NCBI GenBank assembly: GCA_012799135.1
Contig: JAAZLW010000235.1
Coordinates: 1-63,426 of the forward strand
Reading direction: 5' to 3'
Source: Bacillota bacterium
GTDB lineage: Bacteria > Bacillota > Limnochordia > DTU087
DNA: 63,426 bases
The notes under the pieces were generated by a model. That model was not told the origin of the DNA, did not search any database, and saw only the letters and a list, made by a program, of their open reading frames with translations. Of the stretch, positions 10,277 through 17,817 are shown one piece after another (position 1 is the first letter of the stretch; every line of letters begins with the position of its first letter). A program made the position numbers and the translations under genes.

Positions 10277-12562
10277 GTGACTAACGTATTTAGATGGCGG
10301 AAGTACCGATTACTGATTGTCACCGTCTTTATCATATCTATACTAACCGGTGCTGCCCTGGGTATATTTGCCGGCTTCCTAAAAAGCGCTCCCTCGCTGG
10401 CGGAAGTGGAGTTTTCTCCGAGATTAACTAGTTACGTATATGACGCAAATGGTGATGTGCTCACTAGGCTTTATAAGGAGAATCGGATTAAGGTCAGTAT
10501 TGACCAGATCCCGAAGCATATGCAAAACGCTGTTGTGGCCGCAGAAGATGATAGTTTCTATGAACATCATGGCATTGATTTTCCTTCTATAGCTAGGGCC
10601 ATATGGGTAGATATCCGGGCTAGGGCTAAGGTACAAGGTGCCAGTACCATTACTCAACAGCTAGCCAAGAATGCTTTTCTCACACAGAAGAAGTTGTGGT
10701 CTCGAAAACTCCAAGAGGTGTTGTGGGCGATTCAGATAGAGAGAAAATACTCGAAAGATGAGATTTTGGAGACATACCTCAATCTCATCAACTTTGGGCA
10801 TGGCGCCTATGGGGTGCAAGCCGCCTCAGAGATGTATTTTGGCAAGAGAGTAGAGGATCTGACCCTCAGTGAGGCAGCACTTCTGGCGGCAGTTCCCAAA
10901 AGCCCCACTTACCTAAGTCCCATCTCTTACCCCGATGCGGCCCTCCGCCGCCGCAACTGGGTCTTGGGGCGTATGGCTGAATTGGGCTATGTAACTGAGG
11001 CAGAAGCAGAGGCCGCCAAGGAGACTCCTATTCAGGTGGTCAAGCGCCAACCCCGGGAACGAATTGCTCCTTATTTCATTGATTATGTCCTGCAGCAGCT
11101 TTTGGAGCGCTATGGTGAGGAAATGGTCTTTGGGGGAGGCCTAGAGGTCTATACAACGCTGGACTTAGAGATGCAGCGCGTTGCCGAAGAGGAGTTGATA
11201 GAAGGGCTGCCAATGGGGCCGGTGGACGAAAATGGGTTGCAGCAGCCCCAAGGCGCACTTGTAGCCATCGATCCCCGAACTGGATATGTTAAGGCTATGG
11301 TTGGTGGCAGGGGTGAAGATAAGTTCAACCGGGCGGTCATGGCTAAGCGCCAGCCGGGCTCAGCCATGAAGCCCTTTATCTATACTGTGGCCATGGAACA
11401 GGGATACTCTCCGGCGACTGTAATGGTGGACGAGCCTGTGGAGTATGTATTGGCTACTGGAGAGAAATGGGCTCCCCAAAACTACCATAGGGACTATAAA
11501 GGTGCAGTTACCCTCAGGGATGCCTTGGAAAACTCGATTAACATTGTGGCTGTCAAGCTGCTGGATCAGGTGGGAATCAAGAATGTGATTAGCATCGCTA
11601 AGAATATGGGTATTTCTACCATAGTAGAAGAAGGCCGCTACAATGATCTGGGGCTTGCACCTTTGGCCCTAGGTGGACTTACCCACGGGGTCACTGTACT
11701 GGAGATGGCATCAGCCTACGGTGTATTTGCCAATCAAGGAGTATGGGTTGCTCCGGTCACGATTACCAAAGTGGTTGATTCTGAGGGTAATGTCTTGGAG
11801 GAACACAAACCTCGGCATAGAGAGGTGCTAAGCAAGCAGACCGCCTACATCATGAGTGATATGTTGCGGGGTGTTGTCGAGCGGGGCACCGGACGAAGGG
11901 CAAATATTGGAAGGCCTGCAGGCGGAAAGACCGGGACGGCACAAAGCTATACCAATGGCTGGTTTATTGGGTATACACCGAGTCTGGTTACAGCTGTCTG
12001 GATGGGTGATGATGAGCAGAGCCAAGAAATGGTGTACAAGGGTGTTCGCTATGGCAGCTGGAATGCAGCGGATATCTGGGGTCAATTCATGCGGCGGGCG
12101 CTGAAGGATCAGCCGGTGGAGGATTTTGTCAAGCCAGAGGGCATAGTCGAAGGTGTGCTGATTGACACGAAAACCGGACTTTTGGCACGCAAGAATGGTA
12201 CCATCCCAGAGTCAGATATGCGATATGAGGTCTTCATAGCGGGAACCGAACCTAAGGAGTATTCACCTCGGGTGAAAACTCTGCTAGATCATATCAAGGA
12301 GATCTTCTTAGGCCAGCCGGAGAAAGGCCCTGCTGTGACACCATCGCCCAAACCTGGCCCAGAATCTGATTCCGTGTCCGATAGAGATGCTCCCATCGGT
12401 GGGCATGAAGAGCACCCAGGAGCAGTTGCTCCCTTGGAGTCGTCTCCTTCGGTCCAGAAACCGGAAGGTGAAGTATCTGAGCCCGAGGGCGATGCTCCGG
12501 TGCCATCTCCAGAAGACGAAGAGGAATTGCTCAGAGAGCTGAAGGAAGCTTTTGGCCTATAG
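10277..12562 (+). CDS. class A penicillin-binding protein (transglycosylase/transpeptidase, PBP1A-like)
   Basis: N-terminal TM segment, GT51 motifs (AAEDDSFYEHHGID, RKLQE), transpeptidase SAMK and KTGT motifs, and a low-complexity Pro/Glu-rich tail. Confidence 0.92.
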   Translation: MTNVFRWRKYRLLIVTVFIISILTGAALGIFAGFLKSAPSLAEVEFSPRLTSYVYDANGDVLTRLYKENRIKVSIDQIPKHMQNAVVAAEDDSFYEHHGIDFPSIARAIWVDIRARAKVQGASTITQQLAKNAFLTQKKLWSRKLQEVLWAIQIERKYSKDEILETYLNLINFGHGAYGVQAASEMYFGKRVEDLTLSEAALLAAVPKSPTYLSPISYPDAALRRRNWVLGRMAELGYVTEAEAEAAKETPIQVVKRQPRERIAPYFIDYVLQQLLERYGEEMVFGGGLEVYTTLDLEMQRVAEEELIEGLPMGPVDENGLQQPQGALVAIDPRTGYVKAMVGGRGEDKFNRAVMAKRQPGSAMKPFIYTVAMEQGYSPATVMVDEPVEYVLATGEKWAPQNYHRDYKGAVTLRDALENSINIVAVKLLDQVGIKNVISIAKNMGISTIVEEGRYNDLGLAPLALGGLTHGVTVLEMASAYGVFANQGVWVAPVTITKVVDSEGNVLEEHKPRHREVLSKQTAYIMSDMLRGVVERGTGRRANIGRPAGGKTGTAQSYTNGWFIGYTPSLVTAVWMGDDEQSQEMVYKGVRYGSWNAADIWGQFMRRALKDQPVEDFVKPEGIVEGVLIDTKTGLLARKNGTIPESDMRYEVFIAGTEPKEYSPRVKTLLDHIKEIFLGQPEKGPAVTPSPKPGPESDSVSDRDAPIGGHEEHPGAVAPLESSPSVQKPEGEVSEPEGDAPVPSPEDEEELLRELKEAFGL

Positions 12563-12602
12563 TGTCCATGGGCCTTTCTGCTTGACACTCAAGAATCGGC
12601 TA

Positions 12603-12631
12603 TTGCGATTGGGGAGGCAGTATGCTATAAT
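12603..12631 (+). promoter_or_regulatory. putative sigma-A promoter for the tyrS leader
   Basis: -35 TTGCGA (12603-12608), 17-nt spacer, TGc-TATAAT extended -10 (12626-12631). Confidence 0.55.
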
Positions 12632-12639
12632 CAGACGCA

Positions 12640-12977
12640 AAGTGATGGGTCGGCATGAATCTGTCGACCGTTTATCAGCGATGAAGGAGAGAGTAGCATT
12701 TGCTTCGGGCTGAAAGAGAGCCGGTGGAGGGTGCAAACCGGCGTCCGAGCTCATGTGAAGTACACTCCTGAGCTTTCCCGTTGAACCGTGCACCCCAGGG
12801 TGCGAGTAGTAGATGGGAACGGCAGCCACCGTTATTGGCTGAAGCGAAGCCGTGAACTAGCGCCAGTGTAGCCTAATCTTCTAACAACGGGATCAGACAC
12901 CGAAAGTGGCTAGTGCACTGCTTAACTAGGGTGGTACCGCGGGAGCCTCTCGTCCCTACAGGATGAGAGGCTTTTTG
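12640..12977 (+). promoter_or_regulatory. T-box leader (Tyr specifier) controlling tyrS
   Basis: GTGAAG-TAC places a TAC (Tyr) specifier codon at 12761-12763. The T-box sequence AGGGTGGTACCGCG lies at 12927-12940. The terminator AGCCTCTC/GAGAGGCT plus TTTTT lies at 12944-12977. Confidence 0.85.
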
Positions 12978-13011
12978 GATCTCATTTTCGGTTGTTGAAA
13001 GGGGAAGGCAA

Positions 13012-14247
13012 ATGTCTATACAGGTCTTATCATTGGAAGAAGAGCTGGCTCTGATCAAGCGGGGGACTGAGGAGATTTTCCCGGAAGAAGAACTAGTAGA
13101 GAAACTCAAGAAGTCTCGTCAGACCAGGAAGCCGCTCAAGGTAAAACTAGGGGTAGATCCTACCGGTGCAGATCTGCATCTAGGACACGTAATCCCTGTA
13201 CTGAAGCTGAAGCAGTTTCAGGATCTGGGTCATGAAGCAATTCTAATTATCGGGGACTATACAGCTATGGTAGGAGACCCTTCGGGCCGCAACAAGACTC
13301 GACCACAGCTCACCCATGAACAAGTCTTGGAAAACTGCCGTACGTATCAGGAGCAGGTTTTCCGAATCCTGGATCCCCAGAAGACAAGGGTAATGTACAA
13401 TGGCGCCTGGTTTAGCAAGATGACCTTCCAGGATGTGATCAAGCTCATGTCTCAGATGACCTTGGCCAGGATGCTGGAACGGGAGGATTTTGCGAGCCGC
13501 TTTCAGAATCAGATGCCTTTGAGCCTACACGAGCTGATCTATCCTCTCATGCAGGGATATGATTCGGCAGCCATTGAGGCCGACATCGAACTAGGTGGAA
13601 TTGACCAGAAGTTCAATATCTTGGTGGGAAGAGACTTACAGAAAACCATGGGGTTGGAGCCCCAAGTGGGTGTATGTAATCCGATCTTAATCGGGCTGGA
13701 TGGTAAGGAAAAAATGAGCAAGAGCTTAGGCAACTACATCGGGATCAAGGATCCCGCCAGTGAAATGTACGGGAAAACCATGTCGTTACCTGATGAGCAG
13801 ATGATGATGTACTTTGAACTAGTCACTGATGTATCTATGGCCAAGCTGCAGAAAATGGAAAAGCAACTAAAGACCGGTGAGTTGCATCCTAGGGATATGA
13901 AGCGTTTCTTGGCCAGAGAAATAGTGAGCCGGTTTCATGACCGGGATGCGGCAATAGAGGCCGAAGCTGAATTTGACCGTGTATTCAAGGAAAACCAAGT
14001 CCCTGAGGATATCCCCGAGGTAATCCTAACCACAGATGACTTGGAGGATGGGAAGATCTGGGTAGTACGGCTGCTGGTCAAGGCGGACCTGGCTACATCC
14101 AACGCAGAGGGCAGACGTTTGATTCAGCAAGGAGGAGTGAGGATCGACGGGGAAATCATTGACAACGTAGATCTGGACTGGGTGCCGAGGGCCAATGCAG
14201 TGGTGCAGGTAGGGAAACGGCGTTTTGCACGGGTAGTTGTGGCCTAG
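13012..14247 (+). CDS. tyrS: tyrosine--tRNA ligase
   Basis: HIGH-type motif (DLHLGHV), KMSKS motif, and a C-terminal S4-like domain ([15 protein letters not shown]). Confidence 0.96.
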   Translation: MSIQVLSLEEELALIKRGTEEIFPEEELVEKLKKSRQTRKPLKVKLGVDPTGADLHLGHVIPVLKLKQFQDLGHEAILIIGDYTAMVGDPSGRNKTRPQLTHEQVLENCRTYQEQVFRILDPQKTRVMYNGAWFSKMTFQDVIKLMSQMTLARMLEREDFASRFQNQMPLSLHELIYPLMQGYDSAAIEADIELGGIDQKFNILVGRDLQKTMGLEPQVGVCNPILIGLDGKEKMSKSLGNYIGIKDPASEMYGKTMSLPDEQMMMYFELVTDVSMAKLQKMEKQLKTGELHPRDMKRFLAREIVSRFHDRDAAIEAEAEFDRVFKENQVPEDIPEVILTTDDLEDGKIWVVRLLVKADLATSNAEGRRLIQQGGVRIDGEIIDNVDLDWVPRANAVVQVGKRRFARVVVA

Positions 14248-14264
14248 TCTAGTCCAGTCTACTG

Positions 14265-14307
14265 AGGCGGGTCTTTAGGTCTATTCCTTGGGCCCGCCTT
14301 TGTGTTT
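14265..14307 (+). terminator. probable terminator after tyrS
   Basis: AGGCGGG (14265-14271) pairs with CCCGCCT (14293-14299) and is followed by a T-rich stretch (TTGTGTTT). The loop is long. Confidence 0.5.
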
Positions 14308-14395
14308 GGGTTTCTCACCACCTGGAGGAAAGGGTATGAACAGCCCCAATGCCAGAATATATATGAGTACGGGCAGGGTGAGGTGGTGAGAGACA

Positions 14396-15118
14396 GTGCA
14401 AAAACGGTGGCGGCCAAAAACCCGATCTTCTGGGCAAAGGGGATATTGGCATGAACTGCAAGTGATAATCAGTTTGCTTCTGTTCTTCCTTGTAGTATCA
14501 TCGGTGATTGCGTCCTGGTATGTGGATCTTCGAATCCGGCCGGTGGTGCGGCGTTGGGCAGAGCAGCGGGGAGTCAATATTGCCACCAGGGCCATTAATA
14601 ATGCTATCCAAACGATCATGGTGACGGGGATTGATTCCTCGGAATTAGTCCATTTCCAGAATGATCAAACAGGTCGTATTGTGGGCGTTAGTTTTGAGTG
14701 GGGTAGGATCAATGGCATCGTGTCGAATCTGACTAACCGCATCCAAAGTGCGATCAATACAACAGCTAATGAGGAAATTCCGGTACCCCTAGGTCAGCTT
14801 ACGGGGATTGAGGTGTTAGCCGGACTTGGACCGAGGATTCCTGTGAAGATTATTCCCGTGGGGGCCGTAGATACTATTCCCCGCATCGAGTTTTTGGAGA
14901 AGGGGATCAACCAGACTTTTTACCGCATCTATCTGGATGTGAGGACAACGGTACGTATTGTTGTGCCGTTGGTTGAAAAGGATATACAGATTAACAGTGC
15001 CGTGCCGATAGTAGAGCAATGGATAGTAGGTGATGTACCCCAGGTTTATCTAAACTGGAAGCCGGATCTACGGGAGCTGGAGAAAAGCCAGGAAACCCTA
15101 ACCAACGAGCCGCACTGA
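14396..15118 (+). CDS. yunB: sporulation protein YunB
   Basis: GTG start after GAGGTGGTGAG. One N-terminal TM segment, then the YunB-like region (IRPVVRRWAEQRGVNIATRAINNAI...IPVPLGQLTG...IPVKIIPVG). Confidence 0.8.
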   Translation: MQKRWRPKTRSSGQRGYWHELQVIISLLLFFLVVSSVIASWYVDLRIRPVVRRWAEQRGVNIATRAINNAIQTIMVTGIDSSELVHFQNDQTGRIVGVSFEWGRINGIVSNLTNRIQSAINTTANEEIPVPLGQLTGIEVLAGLGPRIPVKIIPVGAVDTIPRIEFLEKGINQTFYRIYLDVRTTVRIVVPLVEKDIQINSAVPIVEQWIVGDVPQVYLNWKPDLRELEKSQETLTNEPH

Positions 15119-15122
15119 CTAA

Positions 15123-15157
15123 CAAGAACCCAGTGAGGAGAACCTGCTGGGTTCTTG
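15123..15157. terminator. bidirectional hairpin between convergent yunB and the minus-strand island
   Basis: CAAGAACCCAG (15123-15133) pairs perfectly with CTGGGTTCTTG (15147-15157). 11-bp stem, 13-nt loop, no strong U-tract. Confidence 0.55.
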
Positions 15158-15223
15158 GACTAGTCTCCCATTCATCGTCATGATCAGCGAGGAATCCGGA
15201 TTCTGTCTCACTATACATTATCC

Positions 15224-15544
15224 CTATTTGTCGTGTACACTGAGCTGCTGTCTCACCAGTTCAATCAACTTGCGAGAAGTGTATCGGCCGGATAGAACCA
15301 CTTTGCCATCAAGACAGACAGCTGGGAGTTGATCAGGATGCTCCTTAGCCCAGCTGATGGCTTGTGCTGGACATTCCTGGTCGGCTTGATCGATATCAAC
15401 ATAGGTGAGGACAAGTTGATTCGGGAAGTGAAGGTTCAGCTGCCGCAGATAGAAAGCAGCGACCTCAGCCTGAGGCCGTATCCTACCTTTTCAACCATAG
15501 CATGTACTATGGGTCTTGGAACCGAGGATAATTACATGTAGCAT
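15224..15544 (-). CDS. thioredoxin/glutaredoxin-fold protein with in-frame UGA in a C-x-x-U motif (candidate selenoprotein; YuzD/DUF1462- or Grx-like)
   Basis: ATG at 15544-15542 is preceded by AAAGAGGA. The translation is MLHVIILGSKTHSTCYG-[TGA 15493-15491]-KGRIRPQAEVAAFYLRQLNLHFPNQLVLTYVDIDQ...QLPAVCLDGKVVLSGRYTSRKLIELVRQQLSVHDK, ending at TAG 15226-15224. 88 sense codons follow the TGA, and the first ATG/GTG/TTG among them is codon 64. A hairpin at 15460-15478 lies just 3' of the TGA. The ORF is absent from the track because it is split by the TGA. Confidence 0.55.
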
Positions 15545-16020
15545 GTTGGCGAGTCCTCTTTCTGGTCAGATACTGATAGATCCTCTTCGTGGTCACATAC
15601 TGACAAGTCCTCTTTCTGGTCAGCATCCTGTTTACAGCTCACATCAGCCAAGTGCGTGAAGGCCATCAGAGCACGCTGCTTAATCTCTTCAGGGTCTCGG
15701 ATCCAGTCCACCCATTGCCTGTCTGTAATCATTCTCTTCAGAAATCCAAGCCATGCATTTTTCTCATCGGAACCATCCAGGTTGGTGAGTTCCCATGGAG
15801 GTGGCTGATCTTTGGTAAGGCTACCTTGCTGACATGCCTGATAATGAGCCCAAAGTAAAGCTAGTGCAAAAGGATTAGGTTGATCGCTTTCACTCGCTGA
15901 CCCATGGCTTGTTTGGGCTATTTCAACTTGAATATCCTCCGGGCGCAGAGGTTCAGGAGATGTTTTCGTTACCTTGTAGTACCGCTGTAACCTAACAGTA
16001 GTTGATTTGCCGCCAGGCAT
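15532..16020 (-). CDS. hypothetical protein with acidic C-terminal tandem repeats
   Basis: 162-aa ORF. The ATG is preceded by AGGGGGG. No family recognised. The C-terminus contains EDLSVCDHE/EDLSVSDQK repeats. Its last 13 nt overlap the start of the downstream thioredoxin-fold ORF. Confidence 0.55.
   Translation of the reverse strand: MPGGKSTTVRLQRYYKVTKTSPEPLRPEDIQVEIAQTSHGSASESDQPNPFALALLWAHYQACQQGSLTKDQPPPWELTNLDGSDEKNAWLGFLKRMITDRQWVDWIRDPEEIKQRALMAFTHLADVSCKQDADQKEDLSVCDHEEDLSVSDQKEDSPTCYM
15552..15623. repeat. 27-bp tandem repeat, about 2.7 copies, inside the 162-aa ORF
   Basis: Units are 15552-15578, 15579-15605 (21/27 identical to unit 1) and 15606-15623 (18/18 identical to the start of unit 1). 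Confidence 0.85.
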
Positions 16021-16051
16021 AATCTACCCCCCTAGCATAGCATAGTATTGA

Positions 16052-16083
16052 GGGAGTGCACACTCCTTGTGCTTTGCACTCCC
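16052..16083. repeat. 9-bp perfect inverted repeat (intergenic hairpin) between the 49-aa and 162-aa genes
   Basis: GGGAGTGCA (16052-16060) pairs with TGCACTCCC (16075-16083) across a 14-nt loop. No U-tract on either strand. Confidence 0.5.
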
Positions 16084-16189
16084 CCAGAATCTGTGTTAGC
16101 AGCATCTGCAGGGGCGTTGGATGCAGCCCAACAGCCCCACAGCAAGGAGAGCTATACTAGCACAAGCCAGTAGATGTCGTTTGCAGCTC

Positions 16190-16339
16190 TTACCCTACTG
16201 GCGGACAGGGTCCGAGGCATTCTACTCCGGTCACATCGACACTCGCCGTCACGGTAAAGGTAACCTCGAAAGTAACACAGATGAGCTCATTGAACTCATC
16301 AATACACTGATTGACCTGCTGTTGCTGGAGCCTTGCCAT
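16190..16339 (-). CDS. 49-aa Cys-rich protein, paralogous to the N-terminal domain of the 187-aa neighbour
   Basis: ATG at 16339 lies 6 nt after GAGGAGGTG. The translation is MARLQQQQVNQCIDEFNELICVTFEVTFTVTASVDVTGVECLGPCPPVG, ending at TAA 16192-16190. It is about 50% identical over about 43 aa to residues 6-48 of the 16476-17039 product, with all four Cys aligned. It is below the track's length cut-off. Confidence 0.7.
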   Translation of the reverse strand: MARLQQQQVNQCIDEFNELICVTFEVTFTVTASVDVTGVECLGPCPPVG

Positions 16340-16475
16340 GCATTTCACCTCCTCTGATCCCCTTGGTATCTATCGAGTTGAGAGAACCGACTGCAGTCTA
16401 GAGTACGTTTGCTATTCATATCGCGTCATAAGAGGCAACTCCGATTATTGGCTAACCGGCCCTTGGGTGCAGGGA

Positions 16476-17039
16476 TTACGGACAGGGGCAAGCAGGTCCT
16501 AACTGACAATCGGGATTCACTGTAGCCGGTGCCGGACCACCCTTTGCGGCCACATCCCTGAGCACCTGATCAAACTGTCCCATCACGTCAAAGCAATACA
16601 AGACGACTCCATCGGCCTGGGTTGTGCCGGCATCGAATTTAAGGCCAGATTGTCCTCCCAGATCGGCTTGGGGACCAACGTTGAACGGGATAGGAATCCC
16701 ATTACGTGTAACTTGTGTGACCATAGGAGGGGGATTGCAGAGTTCAAGCACCCAATGGCTGAGTGCCGGATCACCCTGGACACTCACCCGATAGCACCAG
16801 CGCTGGATGGGCCCTAGCTGCTGCACACTCGCAAAGACAATGTGATAGATTGCCGTCTGTCCGGTCTGTGGGTTGGTTACCTCCAGAACGCAGAGCACTT
16901 CCGGGGCACAGGGGCCTAAGCAGTCTACATCAATAACTTCATCGGTGGCCTCGGCGGTGAAAGTAATGGTGAAGGTGGTACAGATCTGTTCATCGAACTC
17001 ATCGGTGCAGGCAGGGATTTGCTGCAGCTCTTGATTCAT
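16476..17039 (-). CDS. 187-aa Cys-rich protein of unknown function
   Basis: ATG is preceded by AAGGAGGTG. The N-terminal domain QQIPACTDEFDEQICTTFTITFTAEATDEVIDVDCLGPCAPEV is shared with the 49-aa ORF. The C-terminus is CQLGPACPCP. No family recognised. Confidence 0.75.
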   Translation of the reverse strand: MNQELQQIPACTDEFDEQICTTFTITFTAEATDEVIDVDCLGPCAPEVLCVLEVTNPQTGQTAIYHIVFASVQQLGPIQRWCYRVSVQGDPALSHWVLELCNPPPMVTQVTRNGIPIPFNVGPQADLGGQSGLKFDAGTTQADGVVLYCFDVMGQFDQVLRDVAAKGGPAPATVNPDCQLGPACPCP

Positions 17040-17072
17040 GGTCGAGTCACCTCCTTTCCATTTCCACTTCAG

Positions 17073-17087
17073 AGTACTCCGAGTACT
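17073..17087. promoter_or_regulatory. 15-bp perfect palindrome upstream of the 187-aa gene (possible operator)
   Basis: AGTACTC-C-GAGTACT at 17073-17087. It lies about 15 nt upstream of the SD of the 187-aa ORF (SD complement at 17049-17056), 34 nt from its ATG at 17039. Confidence 0.35.
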
Positions 17088-17173
17088 TAGTGACGGACAC
17101 GGGATTGTACTACTGATTCAGCTGACCATTGGTTGATGGGATTAGGGTCCGTGTAATCAATCTTCCGAAGTGG

Positions 17174-17202
17174 TTTCCAGGATAGGGGAAGTGGTGTATA
17201 AT
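17174..17202 (+). promoter_or_regulatory. putative sigma-A promoter for pgsA
   Basis: -35 TTTCCA (17174-17179), 17-nt spacer, -10 TATAAT (17197-17202). Confidence 0.4.
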
Positions 17203-17228
17203 GGCGGTAGTTGTTGGGAGGTGCGGAG

Positions 17229-17732
17229 TTGACTCTTGCTAATCTACTTACGATGCTGCGTCTGGCAGCCGTCCCGCTATTTCTCTACCTGTTTTCCTTA
17301 GAAGGAATGGATCCCCGCTGGATTGCCCTGGTATTTGTGCTTACCGGTATCACAGATATCCTTGATGGGCATTTGGCCCGGTCTCGCAACGAGGTAACTC
17401 GTTTCGGTACTCTAGCTGATCCGCTTGCGGATAAGCTCATCATGCTAGCAGCTGTAATCTCCTTAGCATCGCGGGGGAATGTGCCGGTATGGGTGGCAGT
17501 ATTGCTGGCAGCTAAAGAGATCGCCCTGATGGTCGGTGCCGGCGTATTCTTGATTTCGCGAAGCAAGGTTACGCCCGCCAGTAATCTCGGCAAATCCGCC
17601 ACTGCACTACTGTACATTGGGGTTACAGGGACTATTCTAGGCATTTCGGCTTCCATCTATTTGGTTATCTTGGGAGTGGGGGTGTCTCTCTTGGCCGGCC
17701 TGGATTACCTGCGACAGGCCTTGGGCAAATAG
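17229..17732 (+). CDS. pgsA: CDP-diacylglycerol--glycerol-3-phosphate 3-phosphatidyltransferase
   Basis: CDP-alcohol phosphatidyltransferase motif DILDGHLARSRNEVTRFGTLADPLADK. The TTG at 17229 lies 5 nt after GGGAGGTG and gives the family-like N-terminus MTLANLLTMLRL. The track ORF starts at 17211. Confidence 0.9.
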   Translation: MTLANLLTMLRLAAVPLFLYLFSLEGMDPRWIALVFVLTGITDILDGHLARSRNEVTRFGTLADPLADKLIMLAAVISLASRGNVPVWVAVLLAAKEIALMVGAGVFLISRSKVTPASNLGKSATALLYIGVTGTILGISASIYLVILGVGVSLLAGLDYLRQALGK

Positions 17733-17817
17733 AGTGGTGACCAAGCAGTCGCATGAACTGGAACCATACAGGGAATGGTATTTCCCGTATGGTTTTGTGG
17801 TGTAAAGGAGAATTCAC

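Noticed and set aside
12557-13109. Track ORFs 12557-12829 (minus) and 12873-13109 (minus)
   Set aside because: They overlap the tyrS T-box leader and the tyrS start on the opposite strand, so they are non-coding RNA structure rather than genes.
15329-15541. Plus-strand 70-aa ORF
   Set aside because: It is antisense to the thioredoxin-fold ORF, which has a coherent fold-like translation, RBS and gene context. The plus-strand product is low-complexity and has no SD.
15992-16105. 37-aa Cys-containing minus-strand ORF (MLLTQILGECKAQGVCTPSILCYARGVDYAWRQINYC) spanning the 16052-16083 hairpin
   Set aside because: It has no Shine-Dalgarno sequence. It runs through the inverted repeat and overlaps the well-supported start of the 162-aa ORF in another frame. 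It is probably fortuitous.
16121-16357. Plus-strand 78-aa ORF, and the 16311-16502 ORF
   Set aside because: They are antisense to, or overlap, the 49-aa paralogue. That gene is supported by a strong SD and by homology to the neighbouring 187-aa protein.
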